NCBI GenBank assembly: GCA_020849105.1 | Contig: JADLGW010000044.1 | Location: 13,683 to 77,682 of the forward strand | Direction: 5' to 3' | From: Phycisphaerales bacterium | Lineage (GTDB): Bacteria; Planctomycetota; Phycisphaerae; Phycisphaerales; UBA1924 | DNA length: 64,000 nucleotides | Notes under the pieces: model-generated | What the model saw: only the letters and a program-made list of their open reading frames with translations | What the model was told of the DNA's origin: nothing | Database searches by the model: none | Shown here: positions 53,930-62,667 of the stretch, piece after piece | How the letters are laid out: every line of letters begins with the position of its first letter | How positions within the stretch are numbered: position 1 is the first letter of the stretch | Made by a program: the position numbers and the translations under genes

Positions 53930-54199
53930 ATGCCCGACGGAGCAGTCGATCCCGGCCTCACCGACACCGTCTACGCCCAACTGCGGGCGGTGGCGCAGAA
54001 CCAGATGAGCGGCGAGCGGGCCGGGCACTCGCTGTCGGCGACGGCCCTGGTGCACGAGGCATACCTGCGTCTTGAAGGAAAGCCCGGCTCGCAAAGGCCG
54101 CCGCGCTCCGTCTACCTGTTCGCGGCCCCCGTCAGTTCATGGGCAGGTTCTTGCGGCGCCAGAGTTCAACGAGACGGTCGAGGGTGGTGGGCTCCATGA
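53930..54199 (+). pseudogene. N-terminal fragment (~52 aa of ~190) of a TIGR02999-type ECF sigma factor
   Basis: MPDGAVDPGLTDTVYAQLRAVAQNQMSGERAGHSLSATALVHEAYLRLEG matches the ...RPGHTLQPTALVNEAYLRL... signature. Similarity ends near 54085, and the frame then runs into the 3' end of the convergent gene. Confidence 0.65.
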
Positions 54200-55613
54200 C
54201 CGCGCCATCGGCCTGGCGGCTGCTGATGAGTTCGCCGGTGGATTTGTAGAGCGAGACACGGGGCTCCTTTTCCTCGGTCATGCGTGTCGTGAGCCTCCAT
54301 GACGATGGGTCGTCGGGCACCTGCTCCAGGACGTCACGCCGAAGGCGGACGTTGCCGAACTCCGACTGATAGACGTAGAAGCCGAAGTCACCGGGCTTGG
54401 CGCCGCGCAGCATGATCTGCGGAAGCAGCATCCCTTCGACCTGCGTCACATAGCCCTGGTCGGGCACGGTCGGCTTCGCCTGCTTGCCGACCTCGGCCGT
54501 GCCGCTGACGCTGACGCTCATGCTCCCGCCGGAGCGGGCCCCGGATTCCAGCCATGTCGCGGGGTCCCTGCGGCCGGGCGTGCGGACGGCCATCTGGATG
54601 GTCCAGGTCTCCTCGCCGCGGTCGGGGGTCATGAAATAGACAGCACGTGAGTCAATCGTCTGTCCTTCCAGCAGCGATCGCCCCTCGATGAGGACCAGGA
54701 AGCCCTGCTGCCGGTCGGATGACTTCCAGTGGGACCGCTGCTTCGTCGGGTCCAGATCACCCCGCTGTCCGACCCAGGCCTTGACGTGCTGGTATCCAAG
54801 TTCGGTGGCGTCCAGGGCGGCCTTGCCCGGGGCCTCGCGGTAGAGCCGGTACCAGGTCTCGGCTCGGGATTCGACGACCCTCCGCAGGTCGGCGGGAGTG
54901 AGCGACGACATGAGCGTGATGCCCGACTCGACCGCCCCGCCGCGGGCCGCGGCGAGCGCATCGGCATCGTCAAAGGTCGCGGCGGCGATGATGGTCTCGT
55001 AGATGGTGCGCGCCCGGGCGAAGTTCGGCTCCGTGGTGATCAGGTCGAAACTGACAAAGCGGCCGGCGCCCGCGGGGAAGACGGTGTAGCCGCGGACCGC
55101 GGGGGGTTCGCCGGGCCCGCGGGGCAGAAGGGTGTAGAACCGTGAGCCGGGGGACTTTGAGCCGGGGATGGAGATGGTGTCGGTCCGCTCCAGGACCTTG
55201 CCCGCGGTCTCGATGCTCTCCGTCGTGATGCCCTGCTTGGGGTCGAACTTCTGCTTGGGAATGCCGACCGAGTCGAGGACCTGCTGCAGGACCTTGTCGG
55301 CAACCTGGACGGTCGAGAGGTTGTGGTCGCGGCTGGCGGGCGTGTCGATGGTCAGGATCCACGAATCCGGGTCGTCTGTTGGGGAGATTCGGGTGACGGA
55401 TCGGTCGCTCGTGCGTTCCGAACTGGCGCGGGTGCCCTCGGGCACATGGACGGTGAGCCCGACACTCTGGATTCGGATCGGCTCCTCACCCATGACGACC
55501 GCGGCCGGGGTGGCGCCGGGCTGGATGGTTGCGGGCCGGGAGTCCTGGCCCCGGACGGGGGCCGCGGCCGCGACCACGAGGGCGAGAAATCGGACGAAGC
55601 ACCGGGTGTCCAT
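54132..55613 (-). CDS. Secreted hypothetical protein (493 aa)
   Basis: ATG at 55613. Signal peptide MDTRCFVRFLALVVAAAAPVRGQ. Coding-like composition with no recognised domain. Confidence 0.7.
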   Translation of the reverse strand: MDTRCFVRFLALVVAAAAPVRGQDSRPATIQPGATPAAVVMGEEPIRIQSVGLTVHVPEGTRASSERTSDRSVTRISPTDDPDSWILTIDTPASRDHNLSTVQVADKVLQQVLDSVGIPKQKFDPKQGITTESIETAGKVLERTDTISIPGSKSPGSRFYTLLPRGPGEPPAVRGYTVFPAGAGRFVSFDLITTEPNFARARTIYETIIAAATFDDADALAAARGGAVESGITLMSSLTPADLRRVVESRAETWYRLYREAPGKAALDATELGYQHVKAWVGQRGDLDPTKQRSHWKSSDRQQGFLVLIEGRSLLEGQTIDSRAVYFMTPDRGEETWTIQMAVRTPGRRDPATWLESGARSGGSMSVSVSGTAEVGKQAKPTVPDQGYVTQVEGMLLPQIMLRGAKPGDFGFYVYQSEFGNVRLRRDVLEQVPDDPSSWRLTTRMTEEKEPRVSLYKSTGELISSRQADGAVMEPTTLDRLVELWRRKNLPMN

Positions 55614-55705
55614 GGCGCGGCCTCCTGAAACCATATATAGCCGTACCATCGACGCGCGGCGGTGGTTTCAATGACCGGGCGCTGGAAACGGGCGGGGTAC
55701 CCCTG

Positions 55706-55733
55706 TTGACATCGCGAGTTGACCCCGTATCCT
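55706..55733 (+). promoter_or_regulatory. Sigma-70-like promoter candidate for the S10 operon
   Basis: TTGACA (55706-55711), a 16-nt spacer, then TATCCT (55728-55733), about 180 nt upstream of rpsJ. Confidence 0.45.
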
Positions 55734-55911
55734 TCCGGGCTCGGTTCGTCCCTCCGAACTTTCGGGCGGTGGGCTCGTGCGCTTGGAGGCGCGCGGGCGG
55801 TGCCCGGCGGAGCCCTATGGGGAAGGACAGGAACGACGGCGCAGGCGCGCCGGCGGGTTCCACGCCCGATGGTCGGGCTGGAGTGTTGCGGCGGTGGCCT
55901 GAGGCGTACCT

Positions 55912-56220
55912 ATGACCGGTGGGAAAATCAGAATCCGGATGGAGGCCTACGACCACCTGGCGCTCGACGCGTCGGCCCGCGAGATCGTGGACCACGCGAA
56001 GCGGACGAACGCCCGGGTGGCGGGGCCGATCCCCCTGCCGACGCGGATCGAGCGGTACACGGTGCTGCGCAGCCCCTTCATCGACAAGAAGAGCCGCGAG
56101 CAGTTCGAGATCCGCACCCATAAGCGGATCATCGACATCCTCGAGCCGACGGCGCGGACGATCGAGGCGCTGAACCGGCTGGTCGTCCCGGCGGGCGTGT
56201 TCATCAAGATCAAGGCGTGA
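55912..56220 (+). CDS. rpsJ: 30S ribosomal protein S10
   Basis: [40 protein letters not shown]. Confidence 0.97.
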   Translation: MTGGKIRIRMEAYDHLALDASAREIVDHAKRTNARVAGPIPLPTRIERYTVLRSPFIDKKSREQFEIRTHKRIIDILEPTARTIEALNRLVVPAGVFIKIKA

Positions 56221-56281
56221 TTGAGACGGGCCGGCGTGAGCCGGCCCGGTGTGTTCCGACGCAGAAGCACGAGAACGAACC

Positions 56282-56965
56282 ATGGGCCTCGCCCTCCTCG
56301 GCAAGAAAATCGGAATGACCCGGATCCTGGCGGAGAAGGGCGGCAGCACGCCCGTGACCGTGATCGAAGTCGGCCCGTGCGTCGTCACCCAGATCAAGAC
56401 CCTGGAAAAGGACGGCTACTCGGCGGTCCAGATCGGCTTTGGCGAGGTGCGGGCCCGCAACTCGACGATGGCCAACATCGCCCATGACCACAAGGCAGGT
56501 ACCGGCCCCAAGCGGCGGCACCGCGAGTTCAAGATCGCCGCGGCCGATGCGGGTCAGTACCAGGTCGGCCAGACGCTCTCGGTGAAGAACCTTGAGGGCG
56601 TGATGTTCGTGGACGTCATCGGGCGCAGCAAGGGCAAGGGCTTTGCCGGTGTCATGAAGCGGCACCATTTCAAGGGGATGTGCGCCAGCCACGGCACGGA
56701 GCGCAAGCACCGTTCGCCGGGCTCGATCGGCAGTTACGGGTCCAACCGCGGGTTCGGCGGCGGGTTGCTCAAGGGCAAGAAGATGGCGGGCCACATGGGT
56801 GACGAGCGAGTCACCGTCCGCAGCCTGGACGTCGTCCGGCTGGACGCGGATCGGAACCTGCTCCTGGTCAAGGGCCCGATCCCGGGCGGGAAGAACGGCA
56901 TCGTGAGTATCCGGCCTTCGACCCGGTTGTACCGGAGCAAGGCCAAGCGATTGGCAGCGGCGTGA
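56282..56965 (+). CDS. rplC: 50S ribosomal protein L3
   Basis: Inner ATG at 56282. [15 protein letters not shown]...[13 protein letters not shown]. Confidence 0.95.
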   Translation: MGLALLGKKIGMTRILAEKGGSTPVTVIEVGPCVVTQIKTLEKDGYSAVQIGFGEVRARNSTMANIAHDHKAGTGPKRRHREFKIAAADAGQYQVGQTLSVKNLEGVMFVDVIGRSKGKGFAGVMKRHHFKGMCASHGTERKHRSPGSIGSYGSNRGFGGGLLKGKKMAGHMGDERVTVRSLDVVRLDADRNLLLVKGPIPGGKNGIVSIRPSTRLYRSKAKRLAAA

Positions 56966-57152
56966 GTCACCTCCGGCCCCTGAACACAGGGGGCCGGCGG
57001 GTCCGGCAGGTCCACCTGGATACCACCGGACGGAAACAAGGAATGTAGGCAGCCGAGTCGATTCCGTGCCGCGGTCCCCGGGCCCCCAGAGTGGGCGGCC
57101 AACAGGCGGCGAGCCGGATAGGCGCACGAGGCTCTTGGGCGAGGTACGACAG

Positions 57153-57854
57153 ATGGATGTCCCCGTCTACAACATGCAGGGCTCGCAGGTCGGGTCTTTT
57201 TCTGTCGATGAGGCCGCTCTGGGCGGCAAGGTCAACGCGGACCTGCTGAAGCAGGCCTATGTGCGGTACCACGCGAACCTGCGTCAGGGCTCGTCGCGGT
57301 CGAAGAACCGGCACCAGGTCGAGGGTTCCACTCGCAAGATCTACAAGCAGAAGGGCACCGGAAACGCCCGGCACGGCGACCGGAAGGCCAACCTGTTCCG
57401 CGGCGGCGGTCACGCGCACTCCAAGAAGCGCACCCGCGAGGACTACCGGGTGGACATGCCGAAGAAGATGCGCAGGAAGGCCAACCGCAATGCGCTCCTG
57501 GCGAAACTGATCGATGCCGAGGTCCGCATCGTTGACCGGCTCGAACTTCCCGCCCCCAAGGCCCGGGAGTTCGCGGCGTTCCTGGCGGCGGTGAAGGTGG
57601 AGCGCTCGGCCCTGGTCGCGCTCAACGAGAGCAACGACGGCACGAAGAACCTTCGGCTCTCGGCGCGGAACCACTCCGACGTCACGCTGTGCCGGGCGGA
57701 CCAACTGACCGCGTTCAACCTGCTCAACCACCGGTACCTGGTGATCGCCAGAGCGGACCTGGAGGCCTGGCTCAGCGGGCCGAGTTCGCAGACGGGCAAG
57801 GCCGCCAAGACCGACCCGCTCGGTCGCGCGGGCGCGACGAAGGAGGCCGCGTGA
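57153..57854 (+). CDS. rplD: 50S ribosomal protein L4
   Basis: Inner ATG at 57153. MDVPVYNMQGSQVG...GTGNARHGDRKANLFRGGG. Confidence 0.95.
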   Translation: MDVPVYNMQGSQVGSFSVDEAALGGKVNADLLKQAYVRYHANLRQGSSRSKNRHQVEGSTRKIYKQKGTGNARHGDRKANLFRGGGHAHSKKRTREDYRVDMPKKMRRKANRNALLAKLIDAEVRIVDRLELPAPKAREFAAFLAAVKVERSALVALNESNDGTKNLRLSARNHSDVTLCRADQLTAFNLLNHRYLVIARADLEAWLSGPSSQTGKAAKTDPLGRAGATKEAA

Positions 57855-58132
57855 TGGACCCGGTCTATGTGCTGAAGCGGCCGCTGGTGACGGAGAAGAG
57901 CACGTTCGCGATGAACGAGCGGAAGCAGTACTCCTTCCAGATCGACCCCCGCGCATCCAAGGCGGACGTCAAGAAGGCCGTTGAATCGGCGTACGGCGTC
58001 CGGGTTGTGGGTGTGACGACGCAGGTGCGGAAGCACAAGTCCCGCCGGCAGAAGTTCGGGCTGGTGCTGGAACCGAACACGAAGAAGGCGACGGTGCGGC
58101 TGCACCCCGACGACACGATCGATCTGTTCTAA
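57854..58132 (+). CDS. rplW: 50S ribosomal protein L23
   Basis: ATG overlaps the rplD TGA by 1 nt. LKRPLVTEKSTFAMNERKQYSFQIDPRASKADVKKAVE. Confidence 0.95.
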   Translation: MDPVYVLKRPLVTEKSTFAMNERKQYSFQIDPRASKADVKKAVESAYGVRVVGVTTQVRKHKSRRQKFGLVLEPNTKKATVRLHPDDTIDLF

Positions 58133-58185
58133 GGATCGGGGCCTGGAAAGGCCCCGCCCCGGAAGGCGAGACGGAAGGCAAGACC

Positions 58186-59043
58186 ATGGGCATCCGAATC
58201 TACAAGCCGACGAGCGCGGGCCGCCGCAATGCCTCCGTGAATACGCACGCGGAGGTCACGAAGACGGCGCCCGAGAAGTCGCTGCTCCGGCCCATCCACA
58301 AGAAGGGCGGCCGCAACAGCACGGGCATCATCACGTCCCGCGGGCGGGGCGGCGGGGCCAAGCGGATGTACCGCTCGATCGACTTCCGCCGGTTCGACCG
58401 CGACGGGATCATGGGCAAGGTCACGGGGATCGAGTACGACCCCAACCGCTCGTGCCACATCGCGCTGGTCGAGTACACCGATGGGGTGAAGCGGTACATC
58501 CCCTGTCCGGCCGCGCTCAGGGTCGGGGCGACGCTGGTCTCATCCTCGGACGGCGCGGTCGAGCCGGACGTCGGCAACTGCATGCCGCTCCGCCACATCC
58601 CGTCAGGCCTGGACGTCCACTGCGTCGAACTCACGCCGGGGCGTGGGGCGCAGATGTGCCGCTCGGCCGGGACCTACGCGAAACTGACGAACAAGGAGGG
58701 CGAGTACGCCACGCTGACGCTGCCCTCGGGCGAGGTGCGGCGCGTCCCCATCGATTCGCGGGCGACCATCGGCCAGATCGGGAACTCCGACCACCGCCTG
58801 CGGCAACTTGGTAAGGCGGGCCTGACGCGGCACCTGGGCCGCCGCCCGATCACCCGCGGCATGGCCAAGAGCCACCACGCCCACCCGCTGGGCGGCGGCT
58901 CCGGGCGCAGCAAGGGCAACCGCCCGCCGTGCGGCCCGACCGGCGTGCACGCCAAGGGCGGCGGGACGCGCGAGAAGAAGAAGGCGAGTTCGAAGTTGAT
59001 CCTGCGGCGTCGCATGACGAAGCGGTTCGGGCAGTTGCACTAG
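58186..59043 (+). CDS. rplB: 50S ribosomal protein L2
   Basis: MGIRIYKPTSAGRR...GRNSTGIITSRGRGGG...HPLGGG.G. Confidence 0.97.
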   Translation: MGIRIYKPTSAGRRNASVNTHAEVTKTAPEKSLLRPIHKKGGRNSTGIITSRGRGGGAKRMYRSIDFRRFDRDGIMGKVTGIEYDPNRSCHIALVEYTDGVKRYIPCPAALRVGATLVSSSDGAVEPDVGNCMPLRHIPSGLDVHCVELTPGRGAQMCRSAGTYAKLTNKEGEYATLTLPSGEVRRVPIDSRATIGQIGNSDHRLRQLGKAGLTRHLGRRPITRGMAKSHHAHPLGGGSGRSKGNRPPCGPTGVHAKGGGTREKKKASSKLILRRRMTKRFGQLH

Positions 59044-59053
59044 GTAGAACACA

Positions 59054-59350
59054 ATGGGCAGAAGCGTCAAGAAGGGGCCGTACGTGGACGAGACGCTCTA
59101 CCGCCGGGTGGAGCGGCTCAATCAGCAGAACAAGCGCGAACCGGTGAAGACCTGGGCGCGCCGGTCCACCATCGTGCCGGAGTTCGTCGGCCACACGTTC
59201 AAGGTGCACAACGGGCGTGCCTTCCTGGACGTGTTCATCACCGAGGACATGGTGGGGCACAAACTGGGCGAGTTCAGCCTCTCCCGCACGTTCCGCGGGC
59301 ACACCAACAAGAAGGAAGGCATCGAGGGCGGCGAGAAGGCCGCCACCTGA
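59054..59350 (+). CDS. rpsS: 30S ribosomal protein S19
   Basis: [13 protein letters not shown]...[12 protein letters not shown]. Confidence 0.97.
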   Translation: MGRSVKKGPYVDETLYRRVERLNQQNKREPVKTWARRSTIVPEFVGHTFKVHNGRAFLDVFITEDMVGHKLGEFSLSRTFRGHTNKKEGIEGGEKAAT

Positions 59351-59367
59351 TCCGGGAAGGACCTGAC

Positions 59368-59913
59368 GTGAGACTCCGAGGCGAAACACTCAAGGAACTT
59401 GCCGGGGCCAAGGGCATCGGCGTGGCCCAGCTTGCCCAGGCCGTGGAGCGTACCGGCCTCTCGGGCGCCCGGGCCGTGTCGGCCGTGCGCAACTGGATCG
59501 CGGGGCGCGATCACCCGCACTGCAAGTCCCAGGACATCGAGAAACTGGCGACGCTGCTGGGCGTCCAGCCCAAGGACATCGCGCGGTTCACCAGCGAGGT
59601 GCTCCACCACCGCGGCTCGCCCCGCAAGGCCGGGCTGCTGGTGGACCTGATCCGCGGGCGCTCGTACGAGGACGCCCTGAACCAGCTCGCGTTCTCGCCC
59701 AAGCGGGCCGCCCTCAACGTGCGCAAGGCTCTTGATGCCGCGTACGCCGAGGCGGAGCGTGCCGAGGCCGACGTGACCGCGTTGTTCGTGGCCGAGAGCC
59801 GCTGCGCGGACGGGCCGCGGATCAAGCGGTTCCAGCCCAAGGACCGCGGGCGTGCCCACCCGATCACCAAGCGCCTGAGCCACATCACGGTCGGGCTGGA
59901 GGAACGCCGCTAA
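59368..59913 (+). CDS. rplV: 50S ribosomal protein L22 with a ~77-aa N-terminal XRE-like HTH extension
   Basis: L22 core SPRKAGLLVDLIRGRSYEDALNQLAFSPKRAA...RAHPITKRLSHITV. The frame is open from the GTG at 59368, 17 nt after rpsS. An alternative GTG at 59599 would give a conventional L22. Confidence 0.85.
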   Translation: MRLRGETLKELAGAKGIGVAQLAQAVERTGLSGARAVSAVRNWIAGRDHPHCKSQDIEKLATLLGVQPKDIARFTSEVLHHRGSPRKAGLLVDLIRGRSYEDALNQLAFSPKRAALNVRKALDAAYAEAERAEADVTALFVAESRCADGPRIKRFQPKDRGRAHPITKRLSHITVGLEERR

Positions 59914-60623
59914 TGGGACAGAAGACGCAGCCCTTCGGGCTCCGCCTGGGCATCACGGAGGCCCACCGCAGCCGCTGGTACGCGCCCAAGGCGCTGTACG
60001 GCGAGTTGCTGATCGAGGACGAGAAGATCCGCCGATTCCTGGACAAGCGGCTCAACCGGCAGCCGAACCGTCCGAGCGCCGCCGTGTCGGACGTCCACAT
60101 CGAGCGCACCCGCGAGGAACTGGTGGTCATCATCAAGACCGCTCGGCCCGGCGTGGTGATCGGGCCCAAGGGCGCCGAGGTCGACCGGATGACCGAGGAA
60201 CTCCAGCTCATGACCGGCCGCAAGGTCAAGATCCAGATCCTGGAGGTGAAGAACCCGGACCTGGATGCGAAACTGGTGGCGGAGGCCGTGGCGGAGCAGC
60301 TCTCGAAGCGTTCCAGTTTCCGCCGGGTGATCAAGTCGCGGGCGGAGGGGACCCTCAATGCCGGGGCCAAGGGTGTGAAAATCCAGATCTCCGGCCGCCT
60401 GGGCGGGGCGGAGATGAGCCGCAGCCTGGACGTTCGCCTGGGGTCGCTGCCGCTCTCGACGCTCCAGGCGAACATCGACTACGGGCTGGCCGAGGCGCAC
60501 TGCAGTTACGGCGTGATCGGGTGCCAGGTGTGGATCTATAAGGGCCTGTACGGGGCGAACCAGGAGGACGAGCAGCAGAGCCGTGCCGCCGGTGCGCGGG
60601 CCCGTGCGCGTGGGAGGCGTTGA
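59913..60623 (+). CDS. rpsC: 30S ribosomal protein S3
   Basis: MGQKTQPFGLRLGIT..W; KH domain; TAATG overlap with rplV. Confidence 0.97.
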   Translation: MGQKTQPFGLRLGITEAHRSRWYAPKALYGELLIEDEKIRRFLDKRLNRQPNRPSAAVSDVHIERTREELVVIIKTARPGVVIGPKGAEVDRMTEELQLMTGRKVKIQILEVKNPDLDAKLVAEAVAEQLSKRSSFRRVIKSRAEGTLNAGAKGVKIQISGRLGGAEMSRSLDVRLGSLPLSTLQANIDYGLAEAHCSYGVIGCQVWIYKGLYGANQEDEQQSRAAGARARARGRR

Positions 60624-60672
60624 TCGCGTTTCGGCCGGTGCCCTTTGCCCCTGTTTCCTCTGGAGTTGACCG

Positions 60673-61092
60673 ATGGCCTTGATGCCCAAACGAGTGAAGT
60701 ACCGCAAGGAGATGCGCCGGGTGCGCCCGCGCAAGGCGACCAAGGGCAACTACGTCGCCTACGGCGACTTCGGGCTCCAGGCGATGGAGGGGTGCTGGCT
60801 CAAGGGCACCTGCATCGAGGCCGGACGCATCGCCAGCCAGCACTTCCTGAAGCGAGAGGGCAAACTCTTCATCCGCGTGTTCCCGGATAAGCCCATCAGC
60901 AAGAAGCCGCTGGAGACGCGGATGGGCACCGGCAAGGCGGAGGTGGACTACTGGGCCGCCCGGGTGAAGCCCGGCACGGTCCTGTTCGAGATCGCGGGCG
61001 TCCCGGAGGCGGTGGCCCGTCAGGCGCTGGTGCGCGTGGCGATGAAGATGCCGGTGAAGACGCGGCTGGTGCAGCGGCGGGTGAGCGTGTAA
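60673..61092 (+). CDS. rplP: 50S ribosomal protein L16
   Basis: MPKRVKYRKEMRG-type start...RMGTGKAEVDYWAARVKPG. Confidence 0.97.
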   Translation: MALMPKRVKYRKEMRRVRPRKATKGNYVAYGDFGLQAMEGCWLKGTCIEAGRIASQHFLKREGKLFIRVFPDKPISKKPLETRMGTGKAEVDYWAARVKPGTVLFEIAGVPEAVARQALVRVAMKMPVKTRLVQRRVSV

Positions 61093-61153
61093 GGGTGACG
61101 TGGAACGGGGCACAACGTCCGGCACACAGAAGCGAAAGCCCACAGGTACATCA

Positions 61154-61567
61154 ATGAACGGCAAAGAAGTCAGGGCGCTCAAGAACGAAGAAATCCAGGT
61201 GGAGTTGAAGCGCCTGCGCGCCCACCTGTTCACGCTGCGCGGGCAGACCGTGACGGAGAAGGTCGAGGACAACTCGCAGTTCGCCAAGACGCGCCGCGAC
61301 ATCGCCCGCCTCCTGACCGAGCGGACGGCCCGGCTGCACGGCAAGACGGGCGCAGCCAAGACCGGTGGTGAAGAGCCCGCCAAGTCCTCGGGCCGGAAGC
61401 GATCGCCGGTGAAGACCGCGACCGCGGCGGAGGGAGCCTCCCCGAAGCACAAGCGCGCCCCGCACGCCGGGAAGAAGACGACGGGCACTCCGGCGGTGAA
61501 GCGGGCCGGCGCCCGTTCCGTGAAGAAGAAGGCCGCGGGCAAGTCCGCCACCAGGGGTAAGGCATGA
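61154..61567 (+). CDS. rpmC: 50S ribosomal protein L29 with a ~73-aa Lys/Ala/Pro-rich C-terminal tail
   Basis: MNGKEVRALKNEEIQVELKRLRAHLFTLRGQ is the L29 core. The tail is TGAAKTGGEEPAKSSGRKRSPVKT...KKKAAGKSATRGKA. GTG 61100 is an alternative start. Confidence 0.88.
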   Translation: MNGKEVRALKNEEIQVELKRLRAHLFTLRGQTVTEKVEDNSQFAKTRRDIARLLTERTARLHGKTGAAKTGGEEPAKSSGRKRSPVKTATAAEGASPKHKRAPHAGKKTTGTPAVKRAGARSVKKKAAGKSATRGKA

Positions 61568-61875
61568 CGACGACGCAGAAGAAGGCAGCCGCAGCGTCCG
61601 CCAAACCGGTTCAGGCCGGGCCCGCCCCGAAGCGGGCGCGCCGGGGTCGCGTGGAAGCGGACGGCCGCGACAAGACGCGGACGGTCGTGTTCGAGGATAC
61701 GACGCGGCACCCCAAGTACGGCAAGTACATCCGCACGCGTACGCACGTGCAGGTGCACGACGAGGCGAACGCGTCGCGGACGGGCGACACGGTCGAGGTG
61801 GCGCAGTGCCGCCCGATGAGCAAGACAAAGAACTGGCGGCTCGTGCGGGTGGTCCAGAAGCGTGTCCAGGACTAG
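61564..61875 (+). CDS. rpsQ: 30S ribosomal protein S17 with a ~25-aa basic N-terminal extension
   Basis: ATGA overlap with rpmC. HPKYGKYIRTRTHVQVHDEAN..GDTVEVAQCRPMSKTKNWRLV. Confidence 0.93.
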   Translation: MTTTQKKAAAASAKPVQAGPAPKRARRGRVEADGRDKTRTVVFEDTTRHPKYGKYIRTRTHVQVHDEANASRTGDTVEVAQCRPMSKTKNWRLVRVVQKRVQD

Positions 61876-61896
61876 GCACCGGGAAGGAACAGGCAG

Positions 61897-62283
61897 ATGC
61901 TCCAGCAGGAAACCAGGTGCGAGGTCGCGGACAACTCCGGTGCGAAGATCGCGTATGTGATCCGCGTCTACGGCGGTTCGACCCGGACCGGCGCCTTCAC
62001 CCGTCGCGTCGCCCATGTGGGCGACCGCGTGTTCGTATCGATCAAGAAGGCCCTGCCCGGGGCCGACGTGAAGCCGGGTGACAAGAGCAAGGCCGTGGTC
62101 GTGCGGACGACCAAGGCGACGCGGCGGCGCGACGGCTCGTATGTGGCGTTCGACTCGAACGCGGTCGTGCTGATCCAGGACGACGGCAACCCGAAGGGCA
62201 CGCGCATCTTCGGGCCGGTGGCCCGCGAACTGCGCGAGAAGAACTACATGAAGATCGTGTCGCTGGCGTCGGAAGTCGTGTAA
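61897..62283 (+). CDS. rplN: 50S ribosomal protein L14
   Basis: [17 protein letters not shown]... Confidence 0.97.
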   Translation: MLQQETRCEVADNSGAKIAYVIRVYGGSTRTGAFTRRVAHVGDRVFVSIKKALPGADVKPGDKSKAVVVRTTKATRRRDGSYVAFDSNAVVLIQDDGNPKGTRIFGPVARELREKNYMKIVSLASEVV

Positions 62284-62304
62284 GTAGAGGAACCAGGACC
62301 AAAC

Positions 62305-62649
62305 ATGCCACGGCACGTGCGAAAAGGCGACACGGTGATCGTCACCAGCGGATCCCACAAGGGCAAGGTCGGCGAGATCATGCGCATGATCACGAAGACC
62401 GGCCATGTGGTCGTCAAGGGGATCAACCTGCGGACCAAGCACCTCAAGCCCACGCGGCTGGCGCCGCAGGGCGGCATCATCACGAAGGAAGCCCCCATCC
62501 ACATCAGCAATGTCAGCCCGGTGGTGGACGGGCGGCCCACCCGGGTCCGCTTCCAGACCCGCGATGACGGGTCGAAGGTCCGCGTCGCGGTCCGCGGCGG
62601 GAAGGTTCTTGGAACGGTCCGCGGCAAGCGTGAAAAGTCGAAGGCGTAA
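62305..62649 (+). CDS. rplX: 50S ribosomal protein L24
   Basis: VRKGDTVIVTSGSHKGKVGEI, a KOW motif. Confidence 0.95.
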   Translation: MPRHVRKGDTVIVTSGSHKGKVGEIMRMITKTGHVVVKGINLRTKHLKPTRLAPQGGIITKEAPIHISNVSPVVDGRPTRVRFQTRDDGSKVRVAVRGGKVLGTVRGKREKSKA

Positions 62650-62667
62650 GCAACCAGGCGAAACACC

